Of a stretch of 32,000 nucleotides of DNA, positions 1 to 8,310 are shown piece after piece. Every line of letters begins with the position of its first letter. Within the stretch, counting starts at the first letter, position 1. The notes under the pieces were generated by a model. That model was given only the letters and a program-made list of their open reading frames with translations. It was not told the origin of the DNA and ran no database searches. Source of the stretch: Candidatus Saccharimonadota bacterium (GTDB lineage Bacteria; Patescibacteriota; Microgenomatia; UBA1406; GWC2-37-13); NCBI GenBank assembly GCA_016432445.1, contig CP066689.1:840001-872000 (forward strand). The letters run 5' to 3'. The position numbers were made by a program, and so were the translations under genes.

Positions 1-345
1 TGCATAACAGGCAGCATGAATAATATAGTTAATCGTGTGCTTAAAATTAAAATCTTTGGATAAATCTTTTTTTATTGGGATGATATTTTTGTCCAAAGAG
101 GATAAAGTCTTAATATCTTGGTTAGGACTATGCAAACTTAGGCAATATAAAGTAGTATTGTAACCTTTCTTTTTATTTAGAGAATAGATAATATGAGCAA
201 TATAGCGGCCAAAAAAACCGTTTGAACCTGTAAGTAGTATTTTTTTTCCCTTAAACGGTTTTAGGTTAATCGATTTAATAATATTTAAACAATCTTCAAT
301 AACTACTGAACTTAATGGCAATTCTTTTTTAATCCTTTTATTCAT
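1..345 (-). CDS. SDR-family NAD(P)-dependent epimerase/dehydratase/reductase, N-terminal 115 codons (the gene runs off the left edge)
   Basis: It is absent from the ORF track because it is open at the window edge. My reverse-strand translation from the ATG at 345-343 gives MNKRIKKELPLSSVVIEDCLNIIKSINLKPFKGKKILLTGSNGFFGRYIAH...INYIIHAACYA, with a GxxGxxG Rossmann motif (TGSNGFFG). It starts 4 nt after the stop of the TPP-enzyme gene, so it belongs to the same operon. Confidence 0.6.
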   Translation of the reverse strand, partial: MNKRIKKELPLSSVVIEDCLNIIKSINLKPFKGKKILLTGSNGFFGRYIAHIIYSLNKKKGYNTTLYCLSLHSPNQDIKTLSSLDKNIIPIKKDLSKDFNFKHTINYIIHAACYA

Positions 346-349
346 ATCT

Positions 350-2155
350 TTAAGGCTGTATATTTTGGATTGCTGCTTTATTTACTAAAGGTTTGATATA
401 AAGATTACTAAATAATTCTTTTCTATCTAGATAAGGATATTGATCTTCAATACCTGTATTCCATCCTAATCTAGGAATTAATATTGTATTAATATCAGTT
501 TTAACGTCACAGATAACAGGTCCTTTATAGCTTAATACTTTTTTTATTTTTCTTTTCGCTTCAGAATAATTCTTAATGATTTCAGTATGTATTCCATAGG
601 CTTGAGCAACTTTAGAAAAGTCAGGGTGAGTATAACCCCCTTTTAAATCTGATACAAAGTGTCGAAAATTTAGATAAAGATCTTGAAACTGTTTGATAAT
701 ACCATAAGTTTCATTATTTAAAATGAATACTTTTACGGGAATATTATATGCCTTCATTGTCTGAAGCTCTTGCATATTAATCTGCATTCCGCCATCTCCT
801 ATGGTACAAATTACATTTTTTGTTTTACTTTTTTTGGCAAAATAAGCACCCAATGATGCAGCATAGGAATAGCCCATGGGAGAATGTGCCCACGATGTTA
901 TGATCTGCTGACCTTTTTTTATCTTAAAAGCCTGTGCTAAATGAACGATATTACCTCCGCAATCACCAACAATAACATCATTAGGTTCCAAAATCTCAGA
1001 TAACAATTCCATAAAAGCATAACCATTTAATCTTGATTTGGCTTTTTTGTATTCAGGTAAAACTACCGGATATTTTTTCTGCCACTCCTTGGTTTTTGCC
1101 AGCCAACTTTCAAATTTATTTATTTTATTCTTTCCAAGGCTTGATTTTAAAATCGCTATAAAGTCTCTTAAATCAGCATGGATATTGACATGACCCTTAA
1201 CCTGCTGATGATTTAGTTCATCAGAATCTATATCAATAATATATCTTTTTGCTTCTCTAGCAAAGCTGTCAACAAGGCCGCCTGTTTGGCGCCCATCATG
1301 CCTTGAACCTAAAGAGAGCAAAAGATCAGCATTTTGAAAGGTTAAGTTTGCTCCTCTTTGCCCATAGGTGCCGATTCTCCCTCGATACAAAAGGTACTCC
1401 TCATCAAGCACATCTATCGCTGCCCATGTCAAAACAACTGGAACTTTTAAAGTTTTAAGCAGCTCTTTTAATTCTTTAATCATTTTAGAATGGATAATAC
1501 CTCCTCCAACTAAAACCACTGGTCTTTGTGCTTTTTGAAGATCCTTTAAATAAACCTGTATTTTTTCTTTTACACTTTCTTTTGTCTCAGTATCCATTTT
1601 TATTTTTTCTTTAAATGAAATCAGTTTCTTCTCGTCGACCTCAGCTATCTGGATATCAGCAGGCAAATCTATCAAAACAGGGCCCGGTCTTCCAGATTTG
1701 GCGATATGAACAGCTTTCTCAAGCTCATACCTTATCATTTTAGGATCTTTGATCATTACTGCGTATTTAGTTATTGTTTTAACAATACTCACAACATCTG
1801 TTTCTTGAAATCCAACCTGTTTAACCGGCAAATTTCCTTTTGTGAATTGGCTATGTACCTGACCCGTAATCGATAACGTTGGAATAGAATCAAACCAAGA
1901 GCAGCAGATACCTGTGATAAGATTAGTTGCCCCAGGGCCGCTGGTTGTAATAGCTACTCCAAGATTACCACTTACTCTAGCATAAGCATCTGCGGCCATT
2001 GAAGAAGCTTGCTCGTGCTGAGAAGTGATAAAACGTACTTTTTTTGTTCTACCAAAAGCATCAAGTAGAGGAGCTATAACCGACCCAGTAATGCCAAAAG
2101 CAGTGTTCACACCAATTGAGACTAGATAATCAACAATATAGTCTGAGACTTTCAT
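350..2155 (-). CDS. Thiamine-pyrophosphate enzyme of the acetolactate synthase large-subunit family (three-domain, 601 aa); the specific reaction is unknown
   Basis: The N-terminal PYR domain has GPGATNLITG and ...GFQETD. The C-terminal TPP motif is GDGGMQINMQELQTMKAYNIPVKVFILNN, i.e. GDG-X24-NN. No ilvN, ilvC or ilvD neighbour is present. Confidence 0.85.
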   Translation of the reverse strand: MKVSDYIVDYLVSIGVNTAFGITGSVIAPLLDAFGRTKKVRFITSQHEQASSMAADAYARVSGNLGVAITTSGPGATNLITGICCSWFDSIPTLSITGQVHSQFTKGNLPVKQVGFQETDVVSIVKTITKYAVMIKDPKMIRYELEKAVHIAKSGRPGPVLIDLPADIQIAEVDEKKLISFKEKIKMDTETKESVKEKIQVYLKDLQKAQRPVVLVGGGIIHSKMIKELKELLKTLKVPVVLTWAAIDVLDEEYLLYRGRIGTYGQRGANLTFQNADLLLSLGSRHDGRQTGGLVDSFAREAKRYIIDIDSDELNHQQVKGHVNIHADLRDFIAILKSSLGKNKINKFESWLAKTKEWQKKYPVVLPEYKKAKSRLNGYAFMELLSEILEPNDVIVGDCGGNIVHLAQAFKIKKGQQIITSWAHSPMGYSYAASLGAYFAKKSKTKNVICTIGDGGMQINMQELQTMKAYNIPVKVFILNNETYGIIKQFQDLYLNFRHFVSDLKGGYTHPDFSKVAQAYGIHTEIIKNYSEAKRKIKKVLSYKGPVICDVKTDINTILIPRLGWNTGIEDQYPYLDRKELFSNLYIKPLVNKAAIQNIQP

Positions 2156-2189
2156 AAAAAAATTAAAATTTATAAATTAAAGTTACTAA

Positions 2190-3356
2190 TTATAGTTTAG
2201 AAAGTGATTTTTTAATTCTTTTTATACCTTTATCTAGCATCTCTATTGACGTAGCATAGGAAATTCTTAAGTAGCCCTCACCATACTCACCAAAAGCTGT
2301 TCCGTCAAGCAAGGCTACGCCTGCGTCTTTTAAAATATACTCAGCCATCCATTTTGATGTTTTTCTGAATGATTTTATATTAGGAAATATATAAAAAGCT
2401 CCTTGAGGATTTTGACAAGTTATCCCATCAATTTCATTTATTTTTTTAACAATAAAGTTTCTTCTTTCCTCAAATTCTTTAACCATTGCTTCAACTTTTT
2501 TTTGCGGCCCGCTTAAAGCTTCTAAAGCCGCATATTGAGTAAAAGTAGCTGTGCAAGCTATAGTATGAGTTAAAAGACAATCAATTCTGTCTATTATGCT
2601 TTCAGGTGCAGATATATAGCCAATTCTCCATCCAGTCATAGAATAAGTTTTTGAAAAGGCATCAACTAAAAGAGTTCTGTTTTGAATGCTTTTAATACCA
2701 TAAAAGCTGGGATAAATAAAATTATCATAAATTATTGTTGCATAAATCTCGTCAGTCATTATCCAACAATCAGTTCCTTTAACCAAATCAGCTATTTCTA
2801 ATAAATCTTTCATAGGTATCACACCGCCTGTTGGATTACTTGGAGAATTTAATACTATTAATTTAGTTTTTTTAGAGAAGTTTTTTCGTAATGCTTTCAT
2901 GTCAAAACTGAAGTTATTTTCTTCAAGAAGAGGAATAGGTTTTCGAACTGCTCCAGTAAAATCAATAACTGCTTCGTATGCCGGAAAACTAGGACTTGGG
3001 TAAATCACTTCATCACTTTGATTTAACAATACTGACATCGCAATAAATATGGCAGTTTTACCGCTTGGAGTAATGGCTATTTGTTTTTCTGAAACATTGA
3101 GGTTTCTAGTTTTATTAATTTCTTCAGCTATTTTTTTTCTTAAAGGCATTATTCCAAGTGGAGCAGTATATTTTGTAAATCCTTTTTTAATTGCATTAAT
3201 TCCAGCTTTTGAAATATTTGATGGAGTAGGAAAATCCGGCTGCCCGATTTCAAAATGAACGATATTTTTTCCTTGTCTTTCAAGATCTTCACATTTGGCA
3301 AGAACATTGTATGCTCCTTCAGGTTTAAGAATATTTACCCTTTTTGCAGTTTGCAT
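2190..3356 (-). CDS. Class I/II PLP-dependent aminotransferase (aspartate aminotransferase-like)
   Basis: 388 aa. Motifs are SPSNPTGGV and SKTYSMTGWRIGY, where the Lys is the expected PLP-binding residue. The overall fold-type I layout is typical of AspC/AspB-type enzymes. Confidence 0.85.
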   Translation of the reverse strand: MQTAKRVNILKPEGAYNVLAKCEDLERQGKNIVHFEIGQPDFPTPSNISKAGINAIKKGFTKYTAPLGIMPLRKKIAEEINKTRNLNVSEKQIAITPSGKTAIFIAMSVLLNQSDEVIYPSPSFPAYEAVIDFTGAVRKPIPLLEENNFSFDMKALRKNFSKKTKLIVLNSPSNPTGGVIPMKDLLEIADLVKGTDCWIMTDEIYATIIYDNFIYPSFYGIKSIQNRTLLVDAFSKTYSMTGWRIGYISAPESIIDRIDCLLTHTIACTATFTQYAALEALSGPQKKVEAMVKEFEERRNFIVKKINEIDGITCQNPQGAFYIFPNIKSFRKTSKWMAEYILKDAGVALLDGTAFGEYGEGYLRISYATSIEMLDKGIKRIKKSLSKL

Positions 3357-3404
3357 ATTTGCATGATTATATACTAATTTATTTCAGAAGTAAATAGGAA
3401 TATT

Positions 3405-3433
3405 TTGATGAAATCAATAAGATGTGTTATATT
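3405..3433 (+). promoter_or_regulatory. Candidate sigma70-like promoter for the ask-hom-asd operon (TTGATG-17 nt-TATATT)
   Basis: The hexamers were read directly from the 85-nt divergent intergenic region. The -10 element ends 8 nt before the ATG at 3442, which would give a near-leaderless transcript. AT-rich DNA produces such hexamers by chance. Confidence 0.25.
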
Positions 3434-3441
3434 ATCAAATT

Positions 3442-4329
3442 ATGATTATAATGAAATTCGGTGGAGCCGCCTTAGCAAGAGCTGCAAATATTTTGATAAC
3501 TTCACAGATAATAAAAAAATATTCTGCAGAAGCAAAATTGGTCATAGTCGTTTCAGCAATGAAAGGAATTACTGATAAATTAACAGAAGTCGTTAATTGT
3601 TTAAATAATCGCCAGATCAAAAAAGGCTTAATAATATTAGCAAATATTAAGAATATTCATCTGTCGACAGGAAAATCTTTAAACGTAAGCGTTAAAACAC
3701 AGTTTAGAATAAAACTACTTTTAAATAATTTGGGAAGATTTATAATTAATAATAGAAATAAGAAAATAACGGCTGATAAGATCGATTATATTCTTTCTTT
3801 TGGAGAAAGGTTAAGCTGTTTAATTATTTCTAATACATTGAAACTACAAGATATAATTGTTTGTCCAATTGATGCTTCCCAGCTTTTAGCCACTGATGGT
3901 AAATTTGGAAAAGCAAAACCTCTTAATTATAAAAAACAAGAGAGCATTAAAAAAATGCTTCAAACATTAATTGAAAATAATATCACACCTATTGTTACAG
4001 GCTTTATTGGTTATGCTCCTGACGGTAGAATTACTACTTTGGGAAGAGGCGGATCTGACTTAACTGCTGCCTATTTAGCTAATTTACTAAATGCTGACGC
4101 GCTATATTTTTGGAAGGATGTTGATGGCTTCTATGTCGATGATCCTAAGAAAAACAGTCAATCATTAATGTTTAATAATCTCTCATACAAAAAAGCTGAA
4201 ATTTTAACAAAAAACGGTGCCAAAATATTACATCATCAAACAATTAGTCATATAGAAAAAAATAATATCCCCATATACATTAAAAATTTTTTAAATCCCA
4301 AAGCAACAGGGACTTTAATAACTGAGTAA
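3442..4329 (+). CDS. ask: Aspartate kinase, catalytic domain only (no C-terminal ACT regulatory domains)
   Basis: Motifs are MKFGGA at the N-terminus, LGRGGSDLTAAYLA and WKDVDGFYVDDP. The protein ends at ...NPKATGTLITE, which is where ACT domains normally begin. I prefer the ATG at 3442 (MIIMKFGG) over the track's GTG at 3424, because the truncated paralogue at 17190 starts with the same MIIMKFGG. Confidence 0.85.
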   Translation: MIIMKFGGAALARAANILITSQIIKKYSAEAKLVIVVSAMKGITDKLTEVVNCLNNRQIKKGLIILANIKNIHLSTGKSLNVSVKTQFRIKLLLNNLGRFIINNRNKKITADKIDYILSFGERLSCLIISNTLKLQDIIVCPIDASQLLATDGKFGKAKPLNYKKQESIKKMLQTLIENNITPIVTGFIGYAPDGRITTLGRGGSDLTAAYLANLLNADALYFWKDVDGFYVDDPKKNSQSLMFNNLSYKKAEILTKNGAKILHHQTISHIEKNNIPIYIKNFLNPKATGTLITE

Positions 4330-4330
4330 A

Positions 4331-5401
4331 ATGTCTTCACTAATTTTAAATATTATACATCTGGGACCAGGCAAAGTTGGGAAAATCTTTATAAAACAAA
4401 TTTTAAAGAAGAAGTCAATTCTTGAAAAAGAGTATTCGATAAAAATAAAATTTATAGGAATATTTAACTCTAAAAAAGGCTTATTTAATATTGGCGGTAT
4501 AAATGAAAGTATCTTGAAAAAAATTGCAGTATCAAAAAATATTGAAACATATCTTAAAAACATAAACATTAGAAATTTTTTCGATGATGTTTTATCTTGT
4601 AGTCATTTCGTCGTTATTGATACCTCAGCTTCCGAAGATACCTTTGATGTTTTAAAAAAATCATTAAAAAAAGGTTCTTTTGCAATCTTATCAAATAAAA
4701 AATCTCTAACCGTAGATTACTCAAAGTTCAAAGAGCTTATGAATTTTAAAAAACAAATATTTTTTGAAACTACAGTTGGAGCAGGTTTACCGATAATCTC
4801 AACAATAAAAGAATTAACTGAAACCGGAGACGAAATTCTTCACATACAAGGGTGCCTCTCTGGAACACTAGGTTTTATATTTGATCTTCTGCAAAAAGGT
4901 GAAAAATTTTCTAGAGCTGTAGAACTAGCTAAGAAAAATTGTTTTACCGAACCTGATCCAAGAGATGATTTAGGAGGTCTTGATGTAGCCCGCAAAGCCT
5001 TAATTATAAGCCGACTTATTGGCCGTCAAATAAATCTTAAAGATATAAAAACTCAAAGTCTGTACCCAAATGAACTACATGGAATTGGAGTTAATGATTT
5101 TTTAAAAAAGATTGCTATTATTGATAGTTACTACCATAATCTCATTATAAAAGCTAGAAAAAACAATCAAGTTTTACGATATATAGCTCATGTAGAAAAA
5201 CACTCAACAACTGTTGGGATTAAAAACGTTCTCCTAAAAAGTGATATGGGATCTTTAGAAGGACCTGATAACATCATCATTATAAAAACAAAACGCTACT
5301 TCAATAATCCTTTGGTAATTAAAGGACCAGGGGCGGGTCCTGAAGTGACAGCGGCTGGAGTATTTGGAGATTTATTAAAAATTATAAAAATGATGAAATA
5401 A
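4331..5401 (+). CDS. hom: Homoserine dehydrogenase (resembles the ThrA/MetL C-terminal domain type)
   Basis: It has an N-terminal NAD-binding GPGKVG motif. The core GAGLPIISTIKELTETGDEILHIQGCLSGTLGFIF closely resembles the E. coli ThrA dehydrogenase domain as I recall it. It starts 1 nt after the ask stop. Confidence 0.85.
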   Translation: MSSLILNIIHLGPGKVGKIFIKQILKKKSILEKEYSIKIKFIGIFNSKKGLFNIGGINESILKKIAVSKNIETYLKNINIRNFFDDVLSCSHFVVIDTSASEDTFDVLKKSLKKGSFAILSNKKSLTVDYSKFKELMNFKKQIFFETTVGAGLPIISTIKELTETGDEILHIQGCLSGTLGFIFDLLQKGEKFSRAVELAKKNCFTEPDPRDDLGGLDVARKALIISRLIGRQINLKDIKTQSLYPNELHGIGVNDFLKKIAIIDSYYHNLIIKARKNNQVLRYIAHVEKHSTTVGIKNVLLKSDMGSLEGPDNIIIIKTKRYFNNPLVIKGPGAGPEVTAAGVFGDLLKIIKMMK

Positions 5402-5404
5402 GCT

Positions 5405-6487
5405 ATGAAAAAATTGAGAGTAGGCATCCTTGGATCAACAGGCATGGTTGGACAAAGATTTATTTCTTTGTTAAATAATCATCCTTGGTTTGAGATAAGC
5501 TGTGTAGCAGCATCCCCTGAGTCGGCCGGAAAAAAATATGATCTAGCTATAAAAGGAAGAACTAATCCAGAAACAAAAATTCCTGATTACGTTAAACATT
5601 TAAAAATAAATTCTGTTGAAGATGATTTTAATTCAATTGTTAAAAAAGTAGATTTCGTTTTTTCAGCCTTAGGTATGGAAAAAGAAAAAGTTGCTAATCT
5701 AGAAATAGCTTTTGCAGAAAAAGGAATTCCTGTAATATCTAGTAACTCAGCTCATCGCTGGACTCAGGATGTACCTATGATTATGCCCGAGATTAACCCT
5801 AATCATATTAAACTCATTGATATTCAAAGAAAAAAACGAGGGTGGAAAAGCGGATTAATATTGGTAAAGCCTAACTGTTCTATTCAATCATATGTTATTG
5901 TTTTGACTGCCCTTTGCAAATTTAAACCTTTAAAAGTTTCTGTCACTAATCTTCAAGCAATATCTGGTGCAGGTAAAACATTTGATACATGGCCTGAGAT
6001 GGTTGATAATGTCATTCCTTTTATAAAAGGGGAAGAAGAAAAATCAGAAAAAGAACCTTTAAAAATTTGGGGGGAAATTACTAAAGATAAAATCTACTGT
6101 GATAGTAAACCTTTAATATCTTCAACATGCATACGCATACCTGTTTCCAATGGTCATATGTCAAGCGTCGCCGTCAAGTTTAAAACAAAACCTTCAAAAG
6201 AAGAAATAATTCATGCAGTGAAAAACTTTAAAAATCCTTTAAAAGATCTTCGTCTTCCCTCCGCTCCAAGGAATAATCTCATTAAATATTTTAATGAATT
6301 AGATAGACCTCAAACTAAATTTGACAGAGATTATCAAAATGGTATGGGTATAACCATGGGAAGACTAAGAGAAGATACGTTATTTGACTGGAAATTTATT
6401 ACATTATCGCACAACACAATAAGAGGTGCTGCAGGAGGTGCAATTATTGCAGCTGAGTTATTAGTAAGAAAAGGCTATATTAAATAA
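5405..6487 (+). CDS. asd: Aspartate-semialdehyde dehydrogenase, archaeal/fungal-type
   Basis: Motifs are GILGSTGMVGQRFISLLNNHPWFE, KPNCSIQ (active-site Cys) and IPVSNGHM (catalytic His). It starts 3 nt after the hom stop. Confidence 0.9.
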   Translation: MKKLRVGILGSTGMVGQRFISLLNNHPWFEISCVAASPESAGKKYDLAIKGRTNPETKIPDYVKHLKINSVEDDFNSIVKKVDFVFSALGMEKEKVANLEIAFAEKGIPVISSNSAHRWTQDVPMIMPEINPNHIKLIDIQRKKRGWKSGLILVKPNCSIQSYVIVLTALCKFKPLKVSVTNLQAISGAGKTFDTWPEMVDNVIPFIKGEEEKSEKEPLKIWGEITKDKIYCDSKPLISSTCIRIPVSNGHMSSVAVKFKTKPSKEEIIHAVKNFKNPLKDLRLPSAPRNNLIKYFNELDRPQTKFDRDYQNGMGITMGRLREDTLFDWKFITLSHNTIRGAAGGAIIAAELLVRKGYIK

Positions 6488-6504
6488 TATTAAATAATTT
6501 AAAA

Positions 6505-7611
6505 ATGTCTTTTAAATTTATTGCTCTTACACGGCCTCTTATTGGAAAAAAAGAGATTAACGCAGTAACTCAAGTGTTAAACTCTGGAATGCTTACTCAA
6601 GGCCAAGTTGTCTCTATATTTGAAAAAGAATTCTCTCAATATTGCAAAGTAAAATATGCAATCGCATGCAATAATGGCACATCAGCATTACATATTGCTC
6701 TTTACTCAATAGGTTTAAAACCAGGAGATGAGGTTATTACTACTCCTTTTACCTTTGTTGCCACAGCTAATTCTATTTTAATGGTTGGCGCTGTCCCTGT
6801 TTTTGTTGACATTGAACCTTTTACTTTTAATATTGACACTCAAAAAATTGAAGCAGCTGTTACAAAAAAAACTAAAGCTATTCTTGTTGTTAATCTTTAT
6901 GGTCAACCTGCTGATTACGATAGAATTTTATCTATTGCTAAAAAGCATAACCTAACTGTAGTTGAAGATGCCGCTCAATCAGTAGGTGCAGAATATAAAG
7001 GTAAAAAAAGCGGTAATTTAGCAGACATTGGCTGTTTTTCTTTTTATGGCACAAAAAATATAACCTGCGGTGAAGGAGGCATGATAACAACAAATAATAA
7101 ACACTATTATGAAAAATCTCTTTTATTTAGGAACCATGGCCAAGATGAAAAAAAGAAATATTTTTATAGCGATATCGGTTATAATTACCGGCTTACTGAC
7201 ATACTTGCTTCAATTGCCTTGATTCAGTTAAACAAGATTAAAACTATGACAAAAAAAAGGCAGATGATTGCTTTAAAATACGACAAGATATTAAGAGATG
7301 TAAATGGGATCACAACTCCCTTTACTGCACCCAACAGAACTCATGTTTATCATCAATACACTATAAAAGTTACAAAGGATTTCAAGCTAAAAAGATATGC
7401 GCTGAAAGATTATCTTTATAAGAAAGGAGTCCAGACAAACATTTATTATCCTAAACCTCTTTACGAATTTGATCACCTTCAAGTTGGCAAAAAACAAAAG
7501 AGTTATCCTATAACAGAAGCCGTTACTAAAGAATGTTTATCTTTACCCATTTATCCAGCGCTTAAAAACAGCGATATTGATTACATTATTGATTTGATAA
7601 AAAAAATATAA
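6505..7611 (+). CDS. DegT/DnrJ/EryC1/StrS-family nucleotide-sugar aminotransferase
   Basis: 368 aa. The signature is FSFYGTKNITCGEGGM, with the PLP lysine codon at 7054-7056. It lies 17 nt after asd, in the same transcription unit. Confidence 0.85.
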   Translation: MSFKFIALTRPLIGKKEINAVTQVLNSGMLTQGQVVSIFEKEFSQYCKVKYAIACNNGTSALHIALYSIGLKPGDEVITTPFTFVATANSILMVGAVPVFVDIEPFTFNIDTQKIEAAVTKKTKAILVVNLYGQPADYDRILSIAKKHNLTVVEDAAQSVGAEYKGKKSGNLADIGCFSFYGTKNITCGEGGMITTNNKHYYEKSLLFRNHGQDEKKKYFYSDIGYNYRLTDILASIALIQLNKIKTMTKKRQMIALKYDKILRDVNGITTPFTAPNRTHVYHQYTIKVTKDFKLKRYALKDYLYKKGVQTNIYYPKPLYEFDHLQVGKKQKSYPITEAVTKECLSLPIYPALKNSDIDYIIDLIKKI

Positions 7612-8310
7612 ATGCACGAACGTATTAAAAAATTAAGTGTTATTTTACCTTACTATCATGAAAGTTATGAAAGTTTAATCAAAGGAATTAATAAGATTGC
7701 TGATTTTCTAAAAAATAATAATATTTATTTTGAAATTATCATCTCGCAAAATGGATGTTTAAAAAAAATTAAGCCTCCTTATTCTTATTGTAAAGTAGTA
7801 TTTGATAGTAATAGAGGATTGGGGACAGCAATTAAAAAAGCCGTTAAAGTTTCCACTGGAGATTATTGTTATTTTCTCTCTCTTGAAGTACCTTTTAATT
7901 TTACTGATTTAAAACAGATGATAAATAAGTGTGATCAATACGATTTAATAATCGGATCTAAACTTCATCCTCATTCAATCTATCAGATCAACATTGTCAG
8001 AAAATTAGTTTCTTATATAAGCTGTGCAATCGCCTCTATATTATTACCCAACTTCAGAATAAAAGATCCAAACGGGACATTATTTGGAGATTCGAAAATT
8101 TTCAAAAGCATATGTAAACATATTATAAGTAATGATTTCTTTTTTAATACTGAGCTTGTTTATGCTTATGTTAAAAACAATAAGAGAGTTATAGAAGTTC
8201 CTGTCGTCTACACTAAGAATGATTATCGCTCATCAGTTAGGATTCTAAAGGATGGTTATAAATACCTTATTCAGATTTTTAATCTTTGTTTTGACAACCG
8301 CCGTTCATAA
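7612..8310 (+). CDS. Family-2 glycosyltransferase of the DPM1/GtrB/ArnC (polyprenyl-phosphate sugar synthase) type, with non-canonical acidic motifs
   Basis: Motifs are LSVILPYYHES, ...RGLGTAIKKAVKVSTGDY... and LIIGSK. My hand alignment to GtrB-type enzymes puts QNG where DGS is expected and SLE where DXD is expected. The start abuts the stop of the upstream gene. Confidence 0.6.
   Translation: MHERIKKLSVILPYYHESYESLIKGINKIADFLKNNNIYFEIIISQNGCLKKIKPPYSYCKVVFDSNRGLGTAIKKAVKVSTGDYCYFLSLEVPFNFTDLKQMINKCDQYDLIIGSKLHPHSIYQINIVRKLVSYISCAIASILLPNFRIKDPNGTLFGDSKIFKSICKHIISNDFFFNTELVYAYVKNNKRVIEVPVVYTKNDYRSSVRILKDGYKYLIQIFNLCFDNRRS

Noticed and set aside
350-2155. Housekeeping ilvB (branched-chain amino acid synthesis) call
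   Set aside because: There is no ilvN small subunit, ilvC or ilvD adjacent. The gene is sandwiched between an aminotransferase and an SDR in a sugar locus. I therefore kept the call at family level.
3049-4569. Track ORFs 3049-3258(+), 3435-3620(-) and 4315-4569(-)
   Set aside because: They lie antisense or out of frame inside the aminotransferase, ask and hom genes, all of which carry clear family motifs. Their sequences are low-complexity with no recognisable motif.
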